DNA of 51,337 nt from Candidatus Sulfotelmatobacter sp. (lineage in GTDB: Bacteria; Acidobacteriota; Terriglobia; Terriglobales; Acidobacteriaceae): positions 1 to 51,337 of the forward strand of contig JBAVUV010000801.1 in the NCBI GenBank assembly GCA_049696955.1. Reading direction: 5' to 3'. Made by a program: the position numbers and the translations under genes. Below the pieces are notes generated by a model. The model was not told the DNA's origin, did not search any database, and worked only from the letters and a program-made list of their open reading frames with translations. Each line of letters starts with the position of its first letter. Within the stretch, counting starts at the first letter, position 1. Shown here one piece after another: positions 36,057 through 43,953 of the stretch.

Positions 36057-37247
36057 ATGAATCGGTCCTGCGCGGTGGCGATTGTGATTGTGTTGATGAC
36101 GGTTGCGGCCGCGAGCCAGATATCCGCGGCGCCGTCATCCACGGCGGGTTCTTCGCCTCGAGTCCCCAAGCCCGAAGTTAGCCCTGGTTACGTGGGCGAC
36201 GCCGCTTGCCAATCCTGTCATCAGGAAAAGGTCGAGACATTTCACCGCACGTCACATTACCTTACCTCAAGGTTGCCGGAGAAAGACTCGATCCTTGGCA
36301 GCTTCGCGGCCGATGCCAACGTAATGAAGACGTCCAACCCTGAGTTGTTTTTCCGCATGGAGCAGAAGGGGGATGATTTTTTTCAGACCGCGGTGGAGGG
36401 CGCGGATCCATTCATAACATCGCGCAGCGAACGGTTTGCGTTTGTGATTGGCTCGGGAGGCAAAGGTCAAACTTACTTATTCTGGAAGGGCGACGATCTC
36501 TTTCAGCTGCCAGTTTCTTATTGGAGTGAACTGGGATGGGTGAACAGTCCGGGATATCGCGACGGCACGGCCAACTTCAACCGGCCTATTATTCCCCGAT
36601 GCCTGGAATGTCACGGAACTTATTTCGAACAAATTCCTCCGCCCTCCAATCGCTACAGAAAAACTGGATTCATCGTGGGCATTACCTGTGAGAAATGTCA
36701 CGGGCCGGGACGGGAACACGCACACCGTTTCGCGGCAAAATTTCCCGCGAGCGCAAGTTCGGCCGTCATCAATCCGGCGCGATTCTCGCGCGAGCGCCAA
36801 ATGGATCTTTGTGCCTGGTGTCACGCGGGGGCTGGTTCCTCAATCGAGCCCGCGTTTTCGTACACTCCAGGCGAAGCTCTCGATAAATACTTGACGCTGC
36901 CGCAACCCGACCCATCGGCGCCCGTGGATGTTCACGGCAGCCAAGTCGAAATGTTGGAGCGAAGCCAGTGCTTTCAGAAGTCTGGCATGACTTGCCTTAC
37001 TTGCCATGACGTGCACACTGTGCAACACGATCTGTCTGAGTTCTCACAGCGATGCCTAAGCTGCCACAAGCCTGGCTCGACGATGTTTCCCAAGCGCGGC
37101 CATCAGGTGGCCAGCGATTGCATCGGCTGCCACATGCCTCTGCAGGAAACTAATCTGATTGTGTTTGATCAGAACGGCAAGAAGGCGAGACCCAAAGTGC
37201 GAAATCATTGGATCAAGGTGTACTCGGAAGTGCCCGCAAATCCTTGA
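36057..37247 (+). CDS. Secreted heptaheme c-type cytochrome
   Basis: Seven CxxCH motifs: CQSCH, CLECH, CEKCH, CAWCH, CLTCH, CLSCH, CIGCH. ATG 36057 gives the signal peptide MNRSCAVAIVIVLMTVAAASQISA. Confidence 0.8.
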   Translation: MNRSCAVAIVIVLMTVAAASQISAAPSSTAGSSPRVPKPEVSPGYVGDAACQSCHQEKVETFHRTSHYLTSRLPEKDSILGSFAADANVMKTSNPELFFRMEQKGDDFFQTAVEGADPFITSRSERFAFVIGSGGKGQTYLFWKGDDLFQLPVSYWSELGWVNSPGYRDGTANFNRPIIPRCLECHGTYFEQIPPPSNRYRKTGFIVGITCEKCHGPGREHAHRFAAKFPASASSAVINPARFSRERQMDLCAWCHAGAGSSIEPAFSYTPGEALDKYLTLPQPDPSAPVDVHGSQVEMLERSQCFQKSGMTCLTCHDVHTVQHDLSEFSQRCLSCHKPGSTMFPKRGHQVASDCIGCHMPLQETNLIVFDQNGKKARPKVRNHWIKVYSEVPANP

Positions 37248-37316
37248 GCTGCAGCGATTTCTTGTTTGCAGGAATAATACGTTGTACGTAACGCGTAAAT
37301 CAATTTATACTGAGAT

Positions 37317-37601
37317 GTGATCCTTGGTTACCGCGACAAGCGGACCAGAGACTTCGCGCTTGGCAAACGAGTGAAAGCGTTCTCCGGCATCGAACGCCAG
37401 GTGCGCTTAAAACTGGATCGTCTGGAGGCAGCGCTCGACCTGCGAGATGTTGCAGTTTTACCCGGTAATCGTTTTGAAGCGCTTACGGGGGATCGGAAAG
37501 GACAGTACAGCATCCGCGTCAATGACAAGTGGCGGATTTGCTTCGAATGGAACGAGAATGCGGCCGGACCCTCAAACGTGGAAATTGTCGATTACCATTA
37601 G
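37317..37601 (+). CDS. higB: HigB-type (RelE/ParE superfamily) toxin, plasmid-maintenance-killer family
   Basis: YRDKRTRDFALGKRVKAFSGIERQVRLKLDRLEAALDLRDVAVLPGNRFEALTGDRKGQYSIRVNDKWRICFEW...VEIVDYH matches the HigB pattern along its full length. Confidence 0.8.
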   Translation: MILGYRDKRTRDFALGKRVKAFSGIERQVRLKLDRLEAALDLRDVAVLPGNRFEALTGDRKGQYSIRVNDKWRICFEWNENAAGPSNVEIVDYH

Positions 37602-37610
37602 GAAAAAATT

Positions 37611-37913
37611 ATGCCTCTGACTGCGATTCATCCTGGAGTACATTTGGCCGAGGAGCTCGGGGAGTTGAACATGAGCGCTGCCGAATTGGCGCGACAGCTC
37701 GAGGTTCCGACCAATCGAATCACGGAAATCCTCAATGGAAGGCGAGCCATCACTGGCGATACGGCGCTCCGCCTGGCCCACTTTTTTGGCACGACTGCGG
37801 AATTCTGGCTCAATCTGCAGAGCCTTTATGAAATCCGGCTGGCTCAGCGGAAGTCAGGAAGGTCCATAAAAGGATTGCCAACGCTCAAGCGGTTCGAATC
37901 GGTCCACGCCTAG
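37611..37913 (+). CDS. higA: HigA-type antitoxin (XRE-family HTH)
   Basis: IHPGVHLAEELGELNMSAAELARQLEVPTNRITEILNGRRAITGDTALRLAHFFGTTAEFWLNLQ is canonical HigA. Lies 9 nt after higB. Confidence 0.85.
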   Translation: MPLTAIHPGVHLAEELGELNMSAAELARQLEVPTNRITEILNGRRAITGDTALRLAHFFGTTAEFWLNLQSLYEIRLAQRKSGRSIKGLPTLKRFESVHA

Positions 37914-37933
37914 GCAAACAGTTATCAACAGAT

Positions 37934-38839
37934 TTAGTCGAGCGACAAAACCACCCAATACACGCCGGTCGGATACGTTTGCGTGCGTGCATAGCAAGCT
38001 CCTACCGAGAAGCGGCGCAGGCCGCGGCTCGCGAGAAGCGGACTTGCATTCTCCGGCAGAGTCCCCGGATGCAAACTCGTATAGGTGAGAACGGTGTAAC
38101 GCTGTGCAAGTTCATGCACCAGCCCGGTGCCGAGTCTGTCGGCTTGCGCCATGGAGCATGCCGCGTCGTCTGCATTGGCGAGATCGCTTCGCACGAGAGC
38201 AGGCTGATTGGCCTGATGTCGCGATTGGGCGAGCGCTGCCGCGATCTGCTGCTTCACTTCTGCCACAGAATAATTGGGGAGGGCATGGCCGAAGTCCTGC
38301 ACAATGTAGAGCCGGTCTCCGCTGCGGACCACACCCAACCCGACCACGTTAAAGGCCGGGTTGAGCAGGTTTGCGCGATGCGGAGGGGACTGCATGAGAT
38401 GTTGATGGCCTTGCGCGGCATCGAAGTCGAACGCAACGTTTTCGCCTTCCCGATCGAGTTGCGTGCGGGTTGTAGCCGCGAGGCGCTGGGGCAGGGAAGG
38501 CTCGCCCTCGAAGCGATGGGAAAGTTGACGCTCGGCAACCATCTTTTCGGCATGCAAACGGGCAGCGCGGCTCAGACCGGCCTCGAGCGTGAGAGCTGGC
38601 GCACCGGCTTGCGCTCTGGCTTGATTGGCGAGATGCAGAAGCAGCTGTTCGGCTTGAGGGTCGTAGTCGCCGAAAGGGATATCCGGTGCGATTGCTGAAG
38701 CTGGTTTCAAGGTGACGATCGGCGAAGGTTTGTTCGCGGCGATGTCGTCCTGGGAGGCGGCCAGCACGCGAGCAGACGGAGCCAGCGAGACGAACCCCAG
38801 CAGTAAGAGAAACGCCACGATTTTAGAAGCCCTTAGCAT
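37934..38839 (-). CDS. Secreted CAP/SCP (PR-1-like, YkwD-type) domain protein with uncharacterised C-terminal half
   Basis: Signal peptide MLRASKIVAFLLLLGFVSLAPSARVLA. CAP-like region HAEKMVAERQLSHRFEGEPSL...GENVAF...HQHLMQSPPHRANLLNPAFNVVGLGVV. Confidence 0.7.
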   Translation of the reverse strand: MLRASKIVAFLLLLGFVSLAPSARVLAASQDDIAANKPSPIVTLKPASAIAPDIPFGDYDPQAEQLLLHLANQARAQAGAPALTLEAGLSRAARLHAEKMVAERQLSHRFEGEPSLPQRLAATTRTQLDREGENVAFDFDAAQGHQHLMQSPPHRANLLNPAFNVVGLGVVRSGDRLYIVQDFGHALPNYSVAEVKQQIAAALAQSRHQANQPALVRSDLANADDAACSMAQADRLGTGLVHELAQRYTVLTYTSLHPGTLPENASPLLASRGLRRFSVGACYARTQTYPTGVYWVVLSLD

Positions 38840-38946
38840 TGCTTGTGCTTACCAAACCTCGGCTCTGGGGGACTTCAACTCAGCGTCAGACTTGCCGCTG
38901 GTGCTACGCTAGAGGCTGAAATCCGCGTGGAGTAGTTACCTTCGCT

Positions 38947-40326
38947 ATGGAACCTGGTCTCATAGGGGTCATCGGCCTACTGTTTGGAAGCGTGATTGCT
39001 TGGCTGGCGCTGCGTTCGCGAAGCGCGGGGTTGCATGCTCGTTTGTCTTTGATGGAAAAGGAATTAGTGGCCGAAAAGGCCGATCTGGCGCGGCTTCAGC
39101 AGGCTCACACTGAGTTGGTGGCAGGCAAGGCCAGAGCGGAATCCGCACTAGAGGCTGAACGAAAGACCAGCAACGAAAAGATTGAATTAGTCACCCGAGC
39201 GAGCGAAGAGTTGCGCAATGCGTTCAAGGCTATGGCCGCGGACGCATTAAAAAGCAATAACTCATCCTTTCTGGTGGTCGCCGAAGAGACGCTCAAGCGA
39301 TTCCAGAGCCAGGCGAAGGGCGACCTCGATGCCCGGCAGAAGGCCGTGGCTGACATGGTGGCGCCGGTGCGCGATTCGCTGAATAAAGTGGACGAAAAAA
39401 TTCAGCAGATGGAAGTCGCGCGCGGCGATGCGTATGGGGAATTGCGCGCGCAAGTTCAATCTCTGATAACTACGCAGAAAGAATTGCAATCAGAGACGGG
39501 AAATCTGGTTCGCGCGCTTCGCACTCCGAACGTGCGTGGACGCTGGGGAGAAATTCAGCTGCGTCGCGTGGTGGAAATTGCCGGCATGCTTTCCTACTGC
39601 GATTTTGCCGAACAGGAATCTGTGACCACGGAGAGTGGAAGGCTGCGTCCCGATCTGGTGGTGAAGCTGCCCGGCGGCAAGCATGTGGTGGTGGATGCGA
39701 AGACGCCGCTGCAGGCATTTCTTGACGCCTTCGAAACTACCGATGAAGAGGCACGGCGCGCTTGTCTGGCCAATCATGCGCGGCAGGTCCGCGATCACAT
39801 GAATACTCTCAGCGGGAAGAAATATTGGGAGCAGTTTGAAGCCACGCCGGAATTTGTGGTGATGTTTCTTCCCGGAGAAACATTTTTCAGCGCTGCGCTG
39901 GAGCAGGATTCAGGCCTGATCGAACATGGAGTTCTGAACCGCGTGATTCCCGCATCCCCCACTACGCTGATTGCGCTGTTGAAGGCGATTAACTATGGAT
40001 GGAATCAGGAGAAGCTGGCACGCAACGCGCAGCAGATCAGCGCTCTGGGCAAAGAACTTCATGACCGGCTCCGGCTGCTCGCCGGGCACATTACTTCCGT
40101 CGGCACGGGGCTCGACCGCGCCGTTGAGTCTTACAACAAAGCGGTCGGATCGCTGGAGAGCCGCGTACTGGTTTCCGCACGCAAGTTCGCCGAACTGGGC
40201 GCGTCCGTAGCCGACGACATTCCTGAGCTCGAGCCCATCGAGACTACCGCGAGGGCGCTTTCTTTTGATTGGGACGAGGCGGAAGTTCCTCCGGAGACGA
40301 CTGATAACAAGCGTAAGGCAGGCTAG
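38947..40326 (+). CDS. rmuC: DNA recombination protein RmuC
   Basis: N-terminal TM segment and coiled coil, then NVRGRWGEIQLRRVVEIAGM...DFAEQESV...PDLVVKLPGGKHVVVDAKTPL, the RmuC nuclease-like core. Confidence 0.9.
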   Translation: MEPGLIGVIGLLFGSVIAWLALRSRSAGLHARLSLMEKELVAEKADLARLQQAHTELVAGKARAESALEAERKTSNEKIELVTRASEELRNAFKAMAADALKSNNSSFLVVAEETLKRFQSQAKGDLDARQKAVADMVAPVRDSLNKVDEKIQQMEVARGDAYGELRAQVQSLITTQKELQSETGNLVRALRTPNVRGRWGEIQLRRVVEIAGMLSYCDFAEQESVTTESGRLRPDLVVKLPGGKHVVVDAKTPLQAFLDAFETTDEEARRACLANHARQVRDHMNTLSGKKYWEQFEATPEFVVMFLPGETFFSAALEQDSGLIEHGVLNRVIPASPTTLIALLKAINYGWNQEKLARNAQQISALGKELHDRLRLLAGHITSVGTGLDRAVESYNKAVGSLESRVLVSARKFAELGASVADDIPELEPIETTARALSFDWDEAEVPPETTDNKRKAG

Positions 40327-40692
40327 AGTAACGCGCGGCTGCCAATAAACAACAAAATCAGATAGCACTAATCTCAGAACACACTAATCCGCCTTCTGAG
40401 GAAACGCAAAAGTATGCGGTTCCGCCTCACCCTCGAGCCCTGTTTCGATTCAACTCCCGCCTAAAGCTCATTCGGTTCGCGCCGATAGCGTATGTGACGA
40501 GGTTCCATAACGCGGCATCGCGAACCCTCGTCCAGATCCCTTTCAGAAGAACAGGCTGGAGGACTCGTAGAAACGGTGAGGACTGCTATAGCATCTCGCA
40601 TCGCCAAGGCGGGGGTCGCAGCCCCGCCCGCTGCAGGTTTGCTCTGGATATTTGGCAAGACTGGCACCTGGGCGAATCGCTCTAGTCAGTTC

Positions 40693-41862
40693 ATGCCGCA
40701 TGGCTACTGTTACCTGTGGGACCCCTGGATCGTCTGGCTGCACGTTATCTCCGATGGCTTGATCACGCTCTCGTACTACGCCATTCCCGTCATTTTGATT
40801 TATTTCATTCGTAAGAATAAAGATCTCCCTTTCAATGCGATTTTCTGGATGTTCGGCGGATTCATCCTGGCCTGCGGCACGACCCACTTCATGGAAATCT
40901 GGAATGTCTGGCACGGCAATTACATGCTGGCGGGCATGGTTAAGGCAGGGACGGCGGCTCTATCGGTGGTTGCGGCTGTGACCCTTATCTCACTGGCTCC
41001 GAAGGCGGTTTCGCTGCCCGGCTTGCAGGTGGTGAATCGCCGGCTGGAAGAGCAAATGGCTGAGCGCCAGCAAGCGGAAGTGGCCAAAGAGCAGGCGCTC
41101 GAAGATCTTGCCACGCAACTGGATGCAGCCAATAACGAACTGCAGGCTTTCACCTACTCTGTTTCTCACGATCTGCGCGCACCGCTGCGGCATATTGGCG
41201 GGTTCTCCCGAATCCTGATCGAGGATTTCGGACCGACGATGGATGCGGAGGCGCGGCATTATCTGCAGCGCATTGAGGAAGGCACGCACCGCATGGGCCT
41301 GCTGGTGGATGAACTTCTGAATCTGGCGCGCGTCGGCCGTCACACCGTTAACCTTCAAGTTACCAGCCTGAACACCCTCATCGAGGAAGTCGTATCCCTG
41401 TTGCAGCCGGAGGCTGAGGGCAGGGCCGTGACCTGGAAGATTTCCAGCCTGCCGCCCGTAAACTGCGACCCCGTTCTGATCAAGCAGGTTTTTCAGAATC
41501 TTATTGCCAACGCCCTGAAATTCACCCGGCCCCGCGGGCGAGCCGTTATCGAAATCAGTCACCGGGAGAAAAATGGGCAGATCGTCATTGAGGTTCGCGA
41601 TAACGGAGTCGTCTTCAACATGAAGTACATGGACAAGTTGTTCGGAGTGTTCCAGCGTTTGCATCGGGCGGAAGAATTTGAAGGCACGGGGATTGGTCTG
41701 GCGACTGCGCACCGCATTCTGCACAAGCATGGCGAGCGGATCTGGGCCGAGGCCGAACTTAATGAGGGGGCTGCCTTTTTCTTTACCCTTGCGGTCGCCA
41801 ACGCAACTCTGACTGCAGGCGAGGTTGAAAACAAGAACGCAATTGTGGGAGCCCAATCATGA
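40693..41862 (+). CDS. Histidine kinase with N-terminal ethylene-receptor-like (ETR1-type) three-helix membrane domain
   Basis: ATG 40693 is in frame in ORF 40576..41862. MPHGYCYLWDPWIVWLHVISDGLITLSYYAIPVILIYFIRKNKDLPFNAIFWMFGGFILACGTTHFMEIWNVW, then a coiled coil, H-box SHDLRAPLRHIGGF, and HATPase boxes (NLIANALKF, DNGVVF, GTGIGLATAHR). Confidence 0.8.
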   Translation: MPHGYCYLWDPWIVWLHVISDGLITLSYYAIPVILIYFIRKNKDLPFNAIFWMFGGFILACGTTHFMEIWNVWHGNYMLAGMVKAGTAALSVVAAVTLISLAPKAVSLPGLQVVNRRLEEQMAERQQAEVAKEQALEDLATQLDAANNELQAFTYSVSHDLRAPLRHIGGFSRILIEDFGPTMDAEARHYLQRIEEGTHRMGLLVDELLNLARVGRHTVNLQVTSLNTLIEEVVSLLQPEAEGRAVTWKISSLPPVNCDPVLIKQVFQNLIANALKFTRPRGRAVIEISHREKNGQIVIEVRDNGVVFNMKYMDKLFGVFQRLHRAEEFEGTGIGLATAHRILHKHGERIWAEAELNEGAAFFFTLAVANATLTAGEVENKNAIVGAQS

Positions 41863-42338
41863 ACCCAAATGAAGTCGATATTCTCCTGGTCGACGATAGC
41901 CAGGATGACGTGGATCTTACCCTGCACGCCCTGCGCTCTGAAAATCTCGCGAACCGCGTCTTCGTCGTCCGGGACGGTGAGGAAGCGCTGGATTTTCTTT
42001 TTTGTACCGGAGCACATGCCCAACGTTCTTTCGATCATCCGCCCAAGATCGTGCTGCTGGATTTGAAGCTGCCCAAAGTCGATGGCATGCAGGTGCTTAA
42101 ACAAATAAAGCAAGACGAGCGAACCAAAGCGATTCCGGTCATCCTGATGACTTCGTCGAGGGAAGAACGGGACCGGGTGATCGGCTACAACCTGGGGGCT
42201 AATAGCTATCTGCAGAAGCCGGTCGATTTCCCTGACTTTCGCAAGATGGTGAAGCTATTGGGGCTGTATTGGCTGGTGGTCAACCAGCCGGTCGTCGTCG
42301 GCGCGGCGGTGCAACAAGCGGGCGGACAGATGAAATGA
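41859..42338 (+). CDS. Single-domain response regulator (Rcp1-like receiver)
   Basis: ILLVDDSQDDVDLTLHAL...IVLLDLKLPKVDG...IPVILMTSS...GANSYLQKP. Has 4-nt overlaps with both flanking genes. Confidence 0.85.
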   Translation: MNPNEVDILLVDDSQDDVDLTLHALRSENLANRVFVVRDGEEALDFLFCTGAHAQRSFDHPPKIVLLDLKLPKVDGMQVLKQIKQDERTKAIPVILMTSSREERDRVIGYNLGANSYLQKPVDFPDFRKMVKLLGLYWLVVNQPVVVGAAVQQAGGQMK

Positions 42339-43549
42339 GCAGCACTGGGATCAAACTCGCGAACGCGCCCTCGCCCGAGCCGAAACCCAGGCTGCGCGCC
42401 TTGTTGCTGGAAGACAATCAGCTGGATGCCGAACTCATCTTGCGTGCGCTGCGCAAACACAACTTCGAAGTGAGCGCCCGGATTGTGCAAGACGAAGCCG
42501 GATTTACGCAGGCGCTCCGCTCCCACTGCCCGGACATCGTGTTGGCGGATTTCAATCTGCCGAGCTGGACGGGGATGGCGGCCTTGGATGTGCTTCGCCG
42601 GGAGGGTCTCGATATCCCGATGATTCTGGTTTCGGGCGCGGTGGGCGACATGACCGCTGTCGACTGCATCAAGCGCGGAGCCACCGACTATGTGTTGAAA
42701 GATGGTCTGGCGCGTCTGCCGGAAGCGGTGCGCCGCGCTTTGGAAGAAAAGCAACTGCGGCAATCGCGGCGGCAGGCGGAAGAGGATTTGGCCAAGAAAG
42801 TCGAGGAACTGGCCCGCTCGAACGCCGATCTCGAACAGTTTGCCTACGTCGCCTCGCACGACCTGCAGGAACCTCTGCGCATGGTGACGGCCTATACCCA
42901 ACTGCTTGGGGAACGTTATCGCGGCCAACTTGACGCGGATGCTGACAAATTCATCGGCTACGCCAGTGAGGGGGCGATGCGAATGCAGGTTCTCATTCAG
43001 GATCTGCTGGCCTTCTCGCGAGTAGGCCGCGCCGAATCAAGCAATGGGAGTATCGACTGCAATGCCGTGATGGAAGAGGTTCTGCAGGCCCTGTCCGCGG
43101 CGATTCAAGAGAGCGGCGCGGCGATCAGTTATTCCCAACTTCCACAGATTCAGGGCGATCACACCCAGTTGGGACAGGTCTTCCAAAATCTGATCGGGAA
43201 CGCGATTAAGTTCCGCGGCAAGGAAGCACCGAAAATTTCCGTGCAGGCGGAAAACAAGGATGAGCAGTGGCGGTTCGAGGTAAGCGATAACGGAATTGGA
43301 ATCGCACCGGAAAGCGCAGGGAAAATCTTTGAAGTATTCCATCGCTTGAACGCGCGCACCAAATACCCGGGTAACGGTATCGGCCTGGCGATCTGCAAGA
43401 AAATCGTCGAGCGTTATGGCGGGCAGATCTGGGTGGAGTCGCAAAGCGGATTGGGTTCCTCTTTTAAATTCACTTTGCCGGTCCAAGGCGCGGGCGAGGG
43501 GAACGGAACAAGTAATGAAATCGGGAGTGCGATTGCTGTTGGTGGATGA
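42335..43549 (+). CDS. Hybrid REC-HisKA-HATPase histidine kinase
   Basis: ATG 42335 is in frame in ORF 42269..43549 and overlaps the previous stop. REC (ALLLEDNQLDAE...IVLADFNLPSWTG...DYVLKD), H-box SHDLQEPLRMV, HATPase boxes (NLIGNAIKF, DNGIGI, GNGIGLAICKK). Confidence 0.85.
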   Translation: MSSTGIKLANAPSPEPKPRLRALLLEDNQLDAELILRALRKHNFEVSARIVQDEAGFTQALRSHCPDIVLADFNLPSWTGMAALDVLRREGLDIPMILVSGAVGDMTAVDCIKRGATDYVLKDGLARLPEAVRRALEEKQLRQSRRQAEEDLAKKVEELARSNADLEQFAYVASHDLQEPLRMVTAYTQLLGERYRGQLDADADKFIGYASEGAMRMQVLIQDLLAFSRVGRAESSNGSIDCNAVMEEVLQALSAAIQESGAAISYSQLPQIQGDHTQLGQVFQNLIGNAIKFRGKEAPKISVQAENKDEQWRFEVSDNGIGIAPESAGKIFEVFHRLNARTKYPGNGIGLAICKKIVERYGGQIWVESQSGLGSSFKFTLPVQGAGEGNGTSNEIGSAIAVGG

Positions 43550-43947
43550 CAATCCGGCGGATGTGGGCGTAGCCCGCGAGGCGTTGGTGAAGAGTATCCG
43601 GCACAGCGAGATTACCAGCGTGGAAGACGGCATGGAAGCAATGGCGTTTCTGGATCGCCGGGGGAAGTACGCCAGCGCGACCCGGCCCGATCTGGTGATT
43701 CTGGACTTGAGTTTACCCAAGAAGGACGGCTTGGCGGTATTGGCCGCGATCAAAGCGAGGCCAGAGCTGCATCCCGGTGGTGATTTTCAGTGCCTCTCAG
43801 CTGGCAAAGGATATTGCGCGCAGTTACGACCTGGGGGCGAACTGTTACGTCAATAAGCCGGGAAATCTGAAGGATTTTTTTTCGGCGGTGAAATCGATTG
43901 AAGAATTTTGGTGCGGCTTTGTCAACCTGCCGCGCCAGGGAGAATGA
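43515..43947 (+). pseudogene. Rcp1-like receiver gene split by a frameshift near 43770
   Basis: The frame from ATG 43515 gives MKSGVRLLLVDDNPADV...RPDLVILDLSLPKKDGLAVLAAIKARPEL, then nonsense and a stop at 43856. The +1 frame from 43771 gives the missing half IPVVIFSASQLAKDIARSYDLGANCYVNKPGNLKDFFSAVKSIEEFW...stop 43945-43947. Confidence 0.65.
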
Positions 43948-43953
43948 GAGTTC

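Noticed and set aside
37891-37902. GGTTCGAATCGG, a tRNA T-loop-like string found while scanning the window for tRNAs.
   Set aside because: It lies inside the higA coding sequence and has no flanking complementary T-stem or acceptor stem. I found no tRNA-like cloverleaf anywhere in the intergenic regions.
40652-40680. Perfect TGGCAC hexamer (40662-40667), preceded by TTGGCA, just upstream of the ETR1-like kinase start.
   Set aside because: No GC dinucleotide lies at the required GG+12 position (it reads AA). The site would also sit only ~25 nt from the ATG, so this is a -24-like box without a -12 element.
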